DNA of 63,127 bases, counting the filler, from Octopus bimaculoides (taxonomy: Eukaryota), in assembly GCF_001194135.2 (NCBI RefSeq). It is 6 parts of 6 records of this genome, joined end to end, with 100 filler letters (N's around TTAATTAATTAA, not from the genome) between each part and the next. Parts side by side here need not be neighbours in the genome. Positions count along the whole stretch, not along the records: positions 1 to 22,733 come from NC_068983.1; positions 22,834 to 28,278 come from NC_069009.1; 4 more parts are not named here. One strand, given 5' to 3'. Positions 12,509 to 26,626 of this stretch are shown here, one piece after another; position 1 is the stretch's first letter, and each line of letters starts with the position of its first letter. The translations under genes were made by a program, and so were the position numbers. The notes beneath the pieces were generated by a model. It did not search any database. It was given only the letters and a program-made list of their open reading frames with translations, and was not told where the DNA came from.

Positions 12509-13954
12509 ATAACGCTAAATATCTTAAAATGACAAAATTATTTTGATTTATTAAAAATCATCACTTCTTCGTCACTTAAAGCCACACCATATTTTATGTA
12601 ACAAATATTTTTTGACGTGATCTTCACCATAAGATTCCTCTCAGAGAGCTCTTTCATTTGAATCCATCTATTGTATAGTTTTCTTTCACAATAGCTGAGA
12701 AATTTTCATTCAAAATCAATTTCGTGGGCGGTGTTACCATATTTTTGTCGCTTTATGCCACACTACATTTTTTTTTATTTTGGTAGTTAATCTTTTAAAC
12801 AGATTTTCTCCCAAACTATCCTTCTGAAGGAACACATTCGTTTCAATTAATTTAAGTTTTCTTTTGAAATAACTGAGATAGTTTGATTTAAAGTCAATTT
12901 TTCGCCTTATTCTCCCATTTTTGACTTCACATATTTTGAACTAGCTTTTTTCTAATGAATCAAATTTCAATTATTTTACCTCCAAATGTAGCTTAAAACT
13001 GGACCATCGTTGCATTCAATCTGAGAACTGAATTAGTGGTGACGCTTAGAAGTGCCCGCGAGTGACTAAATGTTGACCTTAAGAATATACTTACCCACGG
13101 CAGTGGGTGAATGATACTTGTAGAAATATATACATACATTACATACATACTATATATATATTTATATATATATATATNNNNNNNNNNNNNNNNNNNNNNN
13201 NNNNNNNNNNNNNNNNNNNNNNNNNNNNNNNNNNNNNNNNNNNNNNNNNNNNNNNNNNNNNNNNNNNNNNNNNNNNNNNNNNNNNNNNNNNNNNNNNNNN
13301 NNNNNNNNNNNNNNNNNNNNNNNNNNNNNNNNNNNNNNNNNNNNNNNNNNNNNNNNNNNNNNNNNNNNNNNNNNNNNNNNNNNNNNNNNNNNNNNNNNNN
13401 NNNNNNNNNNNNNNNNNNNNNNNNNNNNNNNNNNNNNNNNNNNNNNNNNNNNNNNNNNNNNNNNNNNNNNNNNNNNNNNNNNNNNNNNNNNNNNNNNNNN
13501 NNNNNNNNNNNNNNNNNNNNNNNNNNNNNNNNNNNNNNNNNNNNNNNNNNNNNNNNNNNNNNNNNNNNNNNNNNNNNNNNNNNNNNNNNNNNNNNNNNNN
13601 NNNNNNNNNNNNNNNNNNNNNNNNNNNNNNNNNNNNNNNNNNNNNNNNNNNNNNNNNNNNNNNNNNNNNNNNNNNNNNNNNNNNNNNNNNNNNNNNNNNN
13701 NNNNNNNNNNNNNNNNNNNNNNNNNNNNNNNNNNNNNNNNNNNNNNNNNNNNNNNNNNNNNNNNNNNNNNNNNNNNNNNNNNNNNNNNNNNNNNNNNNNN
13801 NNNNNNNNNNNNNNNNNNNNNNNNNNNNNNNNNNNNNNNNNNNNNNNNNNNNNNNNNNNNNNNNNNNNNNNNNNNNNNTATAAATTTTCTTAAGTACTAC
13901 GCGATCATATCCCATTCCCGTATTAATTTGCATCTATGGAAAAGAACTATTAGT

Positions 13955-14150
13955 TTAATATTTTGGCACAGGCTCAGCAGTTTCGGGGGTAAGTCAATTA
14001 CTTCGGCCCTTGTGCTCAACTGGTAATTATTTTATCGAACCCAAAAAGATAAAAGGCTAGGACGACTTTGAGCTCAGAACTTAAAGATGAATGAAATCCC
14101 GCTAGACATTTTGCCCATATTGCTAATGATTCTGCCAGCTTACCGCCTTA
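13955..14150 (-). mobile_element. tRNA-headed SINE with Nin/Deu-like central domain
   Basis: Head GGCGGTAAGCTGGCAGAATCATTAGCA... and core GCCTTTTATCTTTTTGGGTTCGATAAAATAATTACCAG. Confidence 0.7.
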
Positions 14151-15543
14151 GACAGAAAAGAGAAATATCAGATGTTAGAAGACGTTCAACTGTAAATTCA
14201 GCTATTAGTGGACGAAAATAGGCTTCCTGGTGCGAGCTACTTTATTTCTTGTACAGGTAATGCACTTCTAAATAACAATCAAAATTACATATTTTCCAAT
14301 ATCAGCCAGTACATCAGGCGTTCTGTGTCTATGTAAAATACTAATAATAGATAATTTAGTTATGTCATATATCATGCAGCGAACATGACAAAAAAAGTGT
14401 AAGTACAGTACAGAAAAATTGAAAAATGAAAAGGAAATCTTTTTAAGTAAGTTTACGAGAATGTATAATTGAAGTGTTACACAAAAGAAATATTTCGAGA
14501 ATAAATGACCCTTGGAGATCAATGCGATGAAAAATAGCAATAGTTATGCGTATGTTTTGTATTTAATGCAGAGGACATCAAAAAGTAGTGAGGAAAAAAA
14601 AGACAATATTAAACATTAACTTATATTTATTGGTTTCTTCAATATGTGCAAGAGATAACTCTGGACATGTTTTACTCTTATTTGACCGACTCAGCTAAGG
14701 CTAAAGTACATTGTAGTAGTGATAAGAGAATTACAGACTGTATATTGTTTGATGTAGAAAAGAAAGTTTCTCGGAATGAATTACTCACTCGTAAAGGAAA
14801 ACATTTCGAAATTATTAGTTGATTTTTCAAGATCGTTAGCATAAATTAGAATCACCCAGCAATTCGAATGAGAAAATCCTTTCAGATTCTCGACAAGCAA
14901 TTTTATTAGCTTACGTCATGTCAATTTTATTTCCTTTCTTAATAGAGTAGACGAATTTTATACCCTAAACATAGTCTTAGTGCAGAACATTTTTATTCAG
15001 TGTCTAAAGGTTGAGGTGAAAGTGAAACCACTATCTATCGTCCGCTTCTAGGAAGTTGTAATATACAGATTGGTTGAGATGAAATAAAAATTGGAGCTGA
15101 AGAAGTTAGCTCAAACAAAGCGGCTTACTTCAGATTTACCCTCAGATGCTGATTTGTTTTGCTTTCTGATTACTCTGAACTGTCAAATGGGATAATCTTC
15201 ATCAGTTGCAAGCTACTAAACAGCATATTCTGTTGTTTCCCTCCAATGCCAGAATTTAGAAATCCGCACTGAAAGACATTTACTTCCACTTCTTCAATAT
15301 TATATCAAAAATGTCTTCATGCCATTTCCAAAAGTCAAAATCTTGAATTCCTACGAAGCTCCTACCAGATTAAAAAGTGCAGATTTTGAGACGTGAGATT
15401 CTGAAGTGCAATGTACATTCTTGTGTTCTTTGTATTTTCTCATCCTCCATCACAAGCATTATTTCCCTTAAAACATTCTTCTTATACAGCCTCATGCTAT
15501 CTGTTTTTCTTCCTTCCATATTGATCTCAGAAATAAATTTTCG

Positions 15544-15622
<79 letters not shown>

Positions 15623-18600
15623 AAATGTTTTTCAGTAAATCCATTAAATTGAGTTTATCAAATCAAGTAATCACTGTACACACACACGCACACGTGAGCG
15701 CACACATAGTATTGTTTCCAGGACATATGCTGTACGTAAGAAAGTCGGAGACCTCTGGTATAAACTCACCAATGTAATTGAAATTATGTGTTTTTTAGAA
15801 AGTTGCTCAGAGTAGATGAGCAGTGTATATGCTATTGGCCATCCAATTCACATTTTTGGATTTATACAGAGTAAGCTAAACATCTGCAAGTCATCCTATG
15901 GGCGGATGGGTAATTAAGCTAGTCTGATTGCTTCCAACTGAATGAATTATCTAACATCATCCAATTACCAGATGTTGGTGCTAACCAGGATAGCGTGTTA
16001 AGTCTATATAGTTTAATTTCATTAGCGAGTCAGTTTCAGTTATTAACTAGACCTATTTTCTCTTAATTCATTAATATGCATTGAAAAATCATAAATATTT
16101 GCTATGATATGTAAAAGCCGTTCTGTTTGTTGCTGTGGAGTATTTTTCTCAAGTCTTATAGGTCGTGTTCTTTACTCGATATAGCTAGTGTTAGTACTAT
16201 TTCTTGAATGGAAGTTACCAGAAACGATTACTATTTATCTTGTCTTGTTGCATAAGCTACAATATTATTCAAGTGTCCTGTCCAGTATGTTAGCTATTTG
16301 CATTAGCTGATACTGCCAACGCTTTGTATAATGTTGACTTGTGGAAAGGAGACTCATCTGATTTCAATATTTACAAAACTTATTGAAACACACTTTTGTC
16401 ACTCTAACTTCACTAATGTAATGTTGTTGCGATTGAAAAAGTTGTGACAGATAAACTATCGCCATCGATGTCTGACGCCAGTCAACAATTTACTAGCTGT
16501 CCTTTATGAATACTTATCCTTGCCCAATCGTACATTTATCTATTGCACAAACTTCATGGCCATCTCAAATTTTCAAATGGTGCCATGGGTATTGCATACA
16601 CAGATAATTGACAAAGGTTTCGTGAATGAAATTAATTTTGTACTATGCTGATCTAGGCTTACTTCCTTGTAATTTCTTCAACACAACAGACAGGAGATAT
16701 ATACCTAGGGTAAATAGCAAAAGTAAGGGAGAGCGAGAGAAAGAAAGAAAGAAAGAAACAAACAAACAAACAAACAAACAAACAAACAAACAAACAAAGA
16801 AAGAAAGAAAGAAAGAAAGGAGGGAGAGAGATCAAGAGAGAGGGGGACAAATATAAGGATTACAAGTTAGAATATTTCCGCAATCGCCTGCTTTTAACGG
16901 TTACTGAAAATGCATCAAGGTTTGGGAACAGTTATGTAATAAATATTTTAGTCATTTTCCAGAACAATTGCAATTGTGGTGTGAGTCATTAAAATTATTT
17001 TAGTACCTGCAGGTGAGAGACGCAGTCAAACACCTTCTATGGTCTTGCCATAATGGCACTAGAATTTGTAGCGAAAAGCTGACACGTTTCCTCGAAAACA
17101 GGTGTTTCAGAAGCTTTCATTAGACCCCCATTCATTTGCTCATCTTTTAAAATGTCGTTTAGCAGTTGTTTTGCTGAAGCAAATTCAAATAGCCTGCATA
17201 TCTGTGTTATGCAGTATTTATGAAGATATTATATGTTTGCAGTTCTGTTACACACTCTTAATACCTTGTCTAGTATATATCAAGCCCGCCTTTCATTGTT
17301 TTCTGGAGGAGGTTTATGAAAACATCTGAATAACATAAGCTTTTTGTAGTATTATCTGACAATATAGATTCTCTTAGCGGTCTTTCCATTTCTGTTTTCC
17401 AATACCAACAGAACAAATATTTCTTTCATTAGTGTTGTATGTACACTACTGTACCACGTTCAGCTGTTTTACTAATATTGTTTATCTATATTCTATATTA
17501 TTGGCAATGGCTCGAGATTATCTTGAGAATGAGTACGTACAACATTGCTGGTGTTGCAAATTAAGTTGCAATACTCAGATTGTGCATTTTATGCGAACCT
17601 ACAGTTCAAGCAATCTACGAAAATGAATTAGTTTTATTTTACTTAGCGCACTAGCTTTTAATCAGAGGCTATTAATTTGCCACTTTTCTTTTCAAATTGG
17701 AAAAGAATACCAAGTTCCCTAATGTTAGTTGTTTGTTTGAAAATTTATTATCCACTTTACATATAATGTTAATAGCCACTTGGATATCGTGTTTTTAATA
17801 AGTACTATCCATTTCAGATGTTTTGTTGTGTGCTGGCTAATCGTAGTAACTCTCATATATTGTCAAACGGTAGTAGTAGTATTTTGCAATAACATGTTCA
17901 ATGTGAAAGCTACGATTTGAGCCATGTGTAAATTATTCGGCCGTTTATCTATCAGCAATAATATTCTAAGTCTTCAAACAACTCGTGTCGTAATCAGCTT
18001 TCTTTGATGGTAGGATTCTGTAACAAGAAATATTCTTTGAATCATGCAGCTATCTTAATTTCAGTAGTTCCTGAATTTCATTCGTATTTGGTAGTTCTAA
18101 GTGGTAATCCTGTAGACAAATAATAACGTTAGTTGTATCACAGAACTGACATTGATTGATTCCATTCGGAGTTCTTATGAAATGGCTCCAATTTTCAGAA
18201 AGAAAAGAACCGAAGCCCTAAATTCAAGGATAACAGAAACATCAAGAAAGAGGTCCAGCTGAGTCTAGACAAGGAAGAACTAAATTGAATTCCGAAGGCA
18301 TAATTTCCTATACTTACAAGTAATATACGATAATGAGGCGGTTACAAATCCACCACAAATGGGATTTGGCTTTGAGACACCTGAGCACTCTGAAAGGTTC
18401 AGGTTGGACCCCAAACTGTGGCACAAAATATGGCAGCCAAAAGGGTATCAAGGAGCCATAATCTGAAAGTGAACAATTTTCCTTAGAGTTAAGGCCGAAG
18501 CACATGCACTAATATACACATGGTAGATACTTCTCTAATATTTTCTATTGTCGAACCCTCTCCAGAGTTTTTTTTTTCTATTTTACATATTTGATTGTTG

Positions 18601-21173
18601 GGTATTGTAAGTGTTACACATCTCTACTGAGTGTTTCTCTTAGATTTTTCTCAAGAAATGTAACCTTCTGCTGTTGCTTTCCACAAAAATGAGCATAAAC
18701 AGGTTATTTTACAAACTAGTCATCATGATCAATTTCATGTAACCGAACTAGATAGCAACCTAATGTTTTGTCGAATAAATAAAGAATGTTAACTAATCTT
18801 AAAAGTCTTGTCGAAATTCTATTGACCTGTAATATCTGACTAATTCTTTTTCTAGCGATGACCGAACGGAATATTAATCTGCCTGTGGACTATCGATTGG
18901 TTTAATTACTTTGCTATGGTATAGCTCATACTGCAATCTCTATGCGCTTTTGTATTTTATCGTAATAGAAGACATTTAGAAAACTTCATTTGTTATAGTC
19001 GATGAGGATTTATTACAGTCGATGAAGTTCCTTATGTGAACGCCACTGAAAAGGCATACATATATATATGCATTATATAATTGCATATTTGCAACAAAGT
19101 ATATTTTTCTTTCTGATATAATACATACATCTGTAAATAAAACGGGAGTTGGAAGAAAGCTATTTGGATTTCATTAAAACCCTATTTTCTCCCAAAGAAG
19201 TTTCGCTTTAATTATCCCGAATCAAATCCTATGCGTAACATTCACTTTCCATTTATTTTGAATGTATTCAAAAGTTTCTGTCTTTAGTATGAAATTCTAA
19301 TTGGAGACGCTGTTAATCAAATAGGCTCAACCAGAGGAATTGGAGTTTAATTATTTTAGCAAACCGGAAAAATGTAAGACAGAATTGGGCTAGCCAGGAT
19401 TTGAACGCAAAATGTCAAAGAACATATTCAAATACTGTGATGAGAGTATTTAACAATTACCTTGCATATTAATCCAATGATAATTCTCCAAAAGTTATTG
19501 TTTTCTATGGACTTTACCCACGAGTACGGCTTTATCGGTAATTAGAAAAACAGCAATTTCAGGGAAGGTTAAGCGAAGAAAGATGCTTTAATAGCACTGT
19601 GAATACTTGTCAGTATTTCAGATCAATCAGATGAAAAACAAGTGTTGTTGGTATTGAGAATTTTTATTCAGGTACGACCTATTTGCATAAAGAACATGGC
19701 AGCGCGTTCCTTCCCATCGAATAATTCCAGACAGTTTCCTTTTTGTTAGTCACTCGTAACGAATTTCTGAACACGATATATTTTCTATTTTGGCAATGCT
19801 ACAGAATCGCTTTGCGTCGGTCCAGTATTGTGTCAACATATTTTATTCATTAAAATAGATTCGTATTCATTGCTTTTACTTTTGTATTTTGGTTACTTTG
19901 ACATCCTGCACATTCAAAAATACATCATCCAACTCATTTGTTGTAAATTCTTCTATAGAAAATCTAGAACTAGTATACAAGATTATCCTGAAATATAATT
20001 TGAGAAATGTTAACGAGTTTCTTCAAATTAGTATTGAATAATATTTATCGAACAATCGTGTTAACAAATACAGCAAAATATTATATTTAATGCCTTCAAG
20101 TTTTTAGCCCAGACAGATTTTGACCATTAAATCGGTGAATTTACTAGTGACATTAGTAAGCTGGTAACCCGCTGGGGCTATTTAATTTGATGTAGTTCTC
20201 ATCTTCAACTGCTGATTTTATGTTAAAGTATTGAACTGTTTGTCAAGGATGTGTCATTAAGAGTTGAAGCTGGTCGAGAGGACACTATACTTATTTATCA
20301 GCCACAGATTCAGTTTTTTTTATAATCTGCCATTGATATATAATTGCATCTAGATCCAGTACGACTAATTAACGGTGGAACTGGACAGAAAGCTAGAAAT
20401 AAAATCAATTGGAAGTACAGTTTACTGCTGAAAACAGCAGCAGCATTCGACATTTCTGCTTAGAAAATACAAAAGCACGTATCTCATTGAATTAATAAAC
20501 TACGTGACAACGCTTATTTAATTGGCTTCTTTCGTTAGTCATAATAATCTCTTGATATTGATTTATAACTTTGACAAAAGAACACAAATTTGTAAGAAAG
20601 GAATAGAGTTGATATAAATCTACATCCGATAGTTGATTAGTACTAATGTTATCTATTCAAGAGTAATGGAAAGCAAGCTTAACTTTGGTGAGATTTGAAG
20701 TTAGAGAATGCAAAAGAACAAAGTTAAACACCACATTTTCTACGTTTCCAATACCCTCATTTTTTATTAATGATCACAGTTGTTACAAGAGCCGCAGAGT
20801 TGAGTGAATGACCTACTTACTGGCATTACAACGTGGTTTCAATTTCCGATTGATATCAATGCACTTTAACTTCAATATCCTTGTAAAATGTATAAATCAC
20901 TTGATATCTCCTAATATATGGAAATCTACCTTGCTACAAGAAACCAGCAATAGTCCTACAGATGTAGAGACTGCCATGGAGCAAAGTGTAAGCTGTCACA
21001 AAGTGAAGATTGCAATCCGGAAGCAATATTAATTTGACGCCAATACATTTCATTACAACACCAATGCCTTCAGGGAAATATGAGAGTCATTCATTTGCAA
21101 TCCTCTTTCATGAATTTGAAACCATTAGTCAATTGAATTCTGGAATAACCATCAAGTTGTTAATTAATTAATT

Positions 21174-21174
<1 letters not shown>

Positions 21175-21240
<66 letters not shown>

Positions 21241-21288
21241 TTTTGTTGTTGTTTTTGTTATTGATACTGCTGTTGATGATAATGATGA

Positions 21289-21330
<42 letters not shown>

Positions 21331-21337
21331 CGACGTC

Positions 21338-21390
<53 letters not shown>
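21175..21390. repeat. Compound trinucleotide microsatellite (TAG)n/(GAC)n/(GAT)n
   Basis: Directly visible in the sequence. Confidence 0.95.
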
Positions 21391-21391
<1 letters not shown>

Positions 21392-22699
21392 TGTTGTTCT
21401 TTTTGTTGCTGCTGTTTAGCTCCAAGTTATCTCTGATCAAACAGGACCTATGATTAAAGGCATTCGAGCCTTGATCATCTCGATTTTGTTTGTTTGTTTT
21501 TTTCCTTTCTGACATATCGTATCCCAAACGGCATTAATCAAAATGTATCTTGCATTTGAAAAAAAGAAACATGTGGTGTGTTATAAGAGAGGATATAGTT
21601 ACCATTTCTAGCAGATCAAGTGACCACATAAGCGGTTCTTCCTTTCACCTGTCGTATGAATTCGTTGTTGAAGGAGGCGCAACTATAGCCTTCAAAATTA
21701 ATTCAAACAACCGAAATTAATACGGTTGACGATCAGTTTTAACTTCTCAAGAAATGGTTGTATTCGATAAGACGATCCGTGTGAAGACTGAATACGGTGC
21801 GACACATAGGAATAACGTTTAAAAGGAAGACCTAATGCATTTGAAGGATCTATATAGAGATGCTATGCATCTTACTAATTCGAAGAATGTTGTACGTTTT
21901 AATCAATAGTTGTAATTCATAGTGCGTTATTGACTCAACCAATAGACAGATTATGTATTTTGTATGTGTGCATGTGTGTGTGTGCGCGCATGGTCATTTC
22001 TCGATGTATTCCACTATAGCCATTTGTTGTAGGCCCTAACGAGGAAACCTACTTTAGGAGATACAAATACTGATGAATAATATACTTGAACAAAGAACTA
22101 TTGTTGGTTTCTGTCTTATGCGTTCCCAATGAGCTCTTCAGCTGAAAACAGAAAGCGTGTGAATTATCATAACTTTACAGTTATTCCATTCGTACATCGA
22201 TATCTTAGCAATGCCTGTTGATCATGGAATGACAGTTCTGTGTTCGTAACAGGTAACCATTCGGTTTGAAAGTTGCGTTCATTGACTCACATATTATTCT
22301 TTAGACATGAACTACAACCCAATAATGATGGCGATATTGTGTCTTAAAGACAATTCATTTTAACGACCCTAATTCAGTTTACATTTGTAGTTATTTCATT
22401 TCTCTCATGCCACCAAGCCATCGAAACTTGATTAATTCATGCCCATGTATGTGTTTTTGTCATTTGTTCGGACATAGTTGAGTTATTCTAGCACTTCGGT
22501 AATACCAGAATGACAGTGTGAAAGGTGATGCATACTACATCGGTAATTCGTACCATGTTGTAGCTATTGCATATTATTATTTCTCAATATACATCTGAAA
22601 TCTATTTTGCATTGATTGATATTGCATAACAGTCAATAATCTATTTTATAACTGCTAGAAAAACGGGCAGACAGACAATCATCTAGCTAGCTAGCTAGC

Positions 22700-22733
<34 letters not shown>

Positions 22734-22833
22734 NNNNNNNNNNNNNNNNNNNNNNNNNNNNNNNNNNNNNNNNNNNNTTAATTAATTAANNNNNNNNNNN
22801 NNNNNNNNNNNNNNNNNNNNNNNNNNNNNNNNN
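22734..22833. other. Artificial scaffold-join spacer (44N + TTAATTAATTAA + 44N)
   Basis: Exact 100-bp construct; linker at 22778-22789. Confidence 0.97.
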
Positions 22834-22881
<48 letters not shown>

Positions 22882-23469
22882 CAGTTTTATGTATGCATGT
22901 ACATATATATATATATATATAAACATGCATTTATGCACACATAAACATATATATATGTATTTTTACTCATACATATGTATGTCTGGTATGTAATTGTGTG
23001 TGTGTGTAAGTGCGTGTGTGTATGCGTCTGTGCGTATGTGTTTCTATTCGCGATGACCAAAGAGCCAAGTCTGTTTTCGTCAAACACCATTCACCAAACA
23101 TTAACAACATAAAATACAATAATTAACCCAGATCTCTCTGAAGATGGCTTCTGAAGTTGCCGAAAGTTCAGCTTCGTATTTGTTTTTTAACAGAAAGCTA
23201 CAGATATGATAATGCATTATCTCTGTATTAAACCGCGCAGACGTCACAAAGTACGAATGACTTTATATAAAATTGGTTAAAAACACTTTCATTTGACGTA
23301 TTTATCCAGACATGAATATATGCGAGAGCTGTTATCTTCAATATTGATACACACGCACGCATACACACATAAACACATATTACAATAGATGTGTGTTTGC
23401 AAGCACACATATATATATAGTATGTAGCAATATGTATACCTCGGTGTGCATGCGTATATGCCACACATC

Positions 23470-23511
<42 letters not shown>

Positions 23512-24007
23512 NNNNNNNNNNNNNNNNNNNNNNNNNNNNNNNNNNNNNNNNNNNNNNNNNNNNNNNNNNNNNNNNNNNNNNNNNNNNNNNNNNNNNNNNN
23601 NNNNNNNNNNNCAAAACCTCTTGAAGGCAGTGCTACAGCATGGTACAGTCCAATGACATTAACAATGAAAGAAGTGTGGGTGTCTGGTAGAGAGAAAGAA
23701 GGAGAGAAAGAAGTGAGGGTTCAGAGAGGGAGAGAAGGGTAGGGGTGGGGAATGACTGAGCAAGAACCTGGTCAATTTTGAAACCCCAAGTTTTCTAACC
23801 CACCTAGATACACACATGGACGCAGGCAAACCCTCTCCACTTATGCTAATGACCTTGAGATCGGAGCTAATGTCATACAATCCTTCACTACTCACTTTTC
23901 CCCTTTTTACCTGTCTTCTCTCTATCTATACCTCCCTGCTCTCTCTCTCTCTCTCTCTCTTTCCATTTCTAAGATGTGGGGCTTTATACCTAAGTTGGGA
24001 GATGATC

Positions 24008-24054
<47 letters not shown>

Positions 24055-24979
24055 CAGTGCCCCAACACGGCCNNNNNNNNNNNNNNNNNNNNNNNNNNNN
24101 NNNNNNNNNNNNNNNNNNNNNNNNNNNNNNNNNNNNNNNNNNNNNNNNNNNNNNNNNNNNNNNNNNNNNNNNNNNNNNNNNNNNNNNNNNNNNNNNNNNN
24201 NNNNNNNNNNNNNNNNNNNNNNNNNNNNNNNNNNNNNNNNNNNNNNNNNNNNNNNNNNNNNNNNNNNNNNNNNNNNNNNNNNNNNNNNNNNNNNNNNNNN
24301 NNNNNNNNNNNNNNNNNNNNNNNNNNNNNNNNNNNNNNNNNNNNNNNNNNNNNNNNNNNNNNNNNNNNNNNNNNNNNNNNNNNNNNNNNNNNNNNNNNNN
24401 NNNNNNNNNNNNNNNNNNNNNNNNNNNNNNNNNNNNNNNNNNNNNNNNNNNNNNNNNNNNNNNNNNNNNNNNNNNNNNNNNNNNNNNNNNNNNNNNNNNN
24501 NNNNNNNNNNNNNNNNNNNNNNNNNNNNNNNNNNNNNNNNNNNNNNNNNNNNNNNNNNNNNNNNNNNNNNNNNNNNNNNNNNNNNNNNNNNNNNNNNNNN
24601 NNNNNNNNNNNNNNNNNNNNNNNNNNNNNNNNNNNNNNNNNNNNNNNNNNNNNNNNNNNNNNNNNNNNNNNNNNNNNNNNNNNNNNNNNNNNNNNNNNNN
24701 NNNNNNNNNNNNNNNNNNNNNNNNNNNNNNNNNNNNNNNNNNNNNNNNNNNNNNNNNNNNNNNNNNNNNNNNNNNNNNNNNNNNNNNNNNNNNNNNNNNN
24801 NNNNNNNNNNNNNNNNNNNNNNNNNNNNNNNNNNNNNNNNNNNNNNNNNNNNNNNNNNNNNNNNNNNNNNNNNNNNNNNNNNNNNNNNNNNNNNNNNNNN
24901 NNNNNNNNNNNNNNNNNNNNNNNNNNNNNNNNNNNNNNNNNNNNNNNNNNNNNNNNNNNNNNNNNNNNNNNNNNNNNNC

Positions 24980-25480
24980 ACCACCACCACCACCACCACC
25001 ACCATCATCATCATCACTATTATTATCATTCAGGTATGCAACTGTTACTGCTGTTATTGGCACTACTCCCACCATCACCATCACCATCCCCACTACCCCC
25101 ACTAAACATTAACTGCACCCACCACCTTTACGGTACCTACTCCCACTACAGCCACCACCATCTCCTCTACCACCGTTAACTATGCATCTGTTGCTACCAT
25201 CTGCCACCACCACCATCAGCACCACCTCTACCAAACGTACTCCCACCCCCTCTCCACGTCATCTACCCCCTCCTTATCACCATAATGGCATCCACCCTCT
25301 TTCTCTTTCCCCACCACCACCCCCACCATCATCATCAGCAGAACCTACTTCACCACCACCACCATCACCATCACCATCATACCATTAGCAGCATCAGTTT
25401 GCTACCAATACCAAATCTGTCTGTAAGTACCCCACCACCGACACCATTGCCACCCCATACATGCCCCACACCCACAGATC
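24980..25480. repeat. Cryptic (CAC/CAT)n low-complexity tract
   Basis: Directly visible; source of the spurious His/Thr/Pro-rich ORFs. Confidence 0.85.
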
Positions 25481-25931
25481 TCTATCAACGGAGAGAGAGA
25501 TTCTGCTTACATTCTCAGCATCTTCTGCTATACACTGTTTCGCCACTGATCTTCCCCAGGTAAAAAAGTATTTCATCAAAACTTCTCAAAACTATACTTT
25601 CTTATTCATTCTCTACATTTATTTACAATTTCTTTTCTTTCTTATCATCTTATTTTTTTTTACATTGCCTCCATCATCTGCTATTTCTTCATTTTCTCAT
25701 TTTTTTTCTTCATCTGCTTTTTCTGAATTTCTTTATCAACTAATTTTCTTCATTACATCTTATATCTTTCCTTATTTCTATTACCTCTTGATTTTCTCTG
25801 TATACTTTATATTATCTACATTTCTTCATATACTTACCAAATTTTCTGCATCAAATATCTTATTTCATTTATCATTGATCGTCTTGCCATTTTCTCATTT
25901 CCTTCATTTCTTTTTCATCTACTTTTTAAAC

Positions 25932-26100
25932 ATTTCTTCACCAAATTTTCTTCATTAATTTACCTCTATCTTTCTTCCTTTTACCTATCATCTGTCCTTA
26001 TTTCTTCATCACCAAATTTTCTTCATTAATTTATCTCTATCTTTTTTCCTTTTACTTATCATCTGTCCTTATTTCTTCATCACCTAATTTTATTCATTAT
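25932..26100. repeat. 71-bp pyrimidine-rich minisatellite, about 2.4 copies
   Basis: CACC(A/T)AATTTT recurs at 25939, 26010 and 26081, with a further partial copy near 26185. Confidence 0.85.
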
Positions 26101-26588
26101 TTCCCATTATCTTTTCATTTCTTAAATAATCTGCTCTTTCTCTCTTTTTCCCAATTTTTTTCTTCTTCTTCTTAAACATATCTTCATCACCAAATTTTCT
26201 TCATAAATTTGCATCTTTCTGAATTTTCCTATCATCTGCTAAAACCATTCATATCTTTATATTCTCTGATATTTTTCTTTCTTCATTAGATCCTCTTTCT
26301 TTTTCCATTTGTCATATTGTCAGGTATTAAACATTTTTATTTTCATACAACTTTACATTCCAGTCATCTTCTACTTATCTTCCTTTAACTTAGAATCCAA
26401 ATTCAGTACAAACACACACACATTGTTTTTACAATTACTTTCATTCCTAAACCTTCCATTCATTAATATTGTCTATAGAAACAAGAAAATGAATTACATT
26501 TAAGCCACAACTCGCCTTGAAACAATCTACTAAATACAATTATATGTACATACATACAAACTTACCTTTGGTGGTCACTCTTTTCGGT

Positions 26589-26626
<38 letters not shown>

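Noticed and set aside
13087-13095. ATACTTACC resembling the U1 snRNA 5' end
   Set aside because: Similarity stops after 9 nt. It could be a minus-strand donor of a 22-nt microexon, but nothing else supports that.
17005-17200. Minus frame ..AKQLLNDILKDEQ..*KVFDCVSHL resembling an RT KAFD motif or an exon
   Set aside because: Single short motif with no flanking RT conservation.
18330-18460. Signal-peptide-like plus PFVV(I)xN resemblance to a hyaluronidase N-terminus
   Set aside because: Needs a stop read-through, a frameshift and a W-to-C change; also on a different scaffold piece and strand from the GH56 exon.
23138-23175. Hammerhead-like CTGAAGA-tGGC...GCC-GAAAG
   Set aside because: Only a 3-bp stem II and no stem I pairing.
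25461-25958. 165-aa hydrophobic ORF
   Set aside because: F/L/I/S bias comes from the T/C-rich low-complexity strand.
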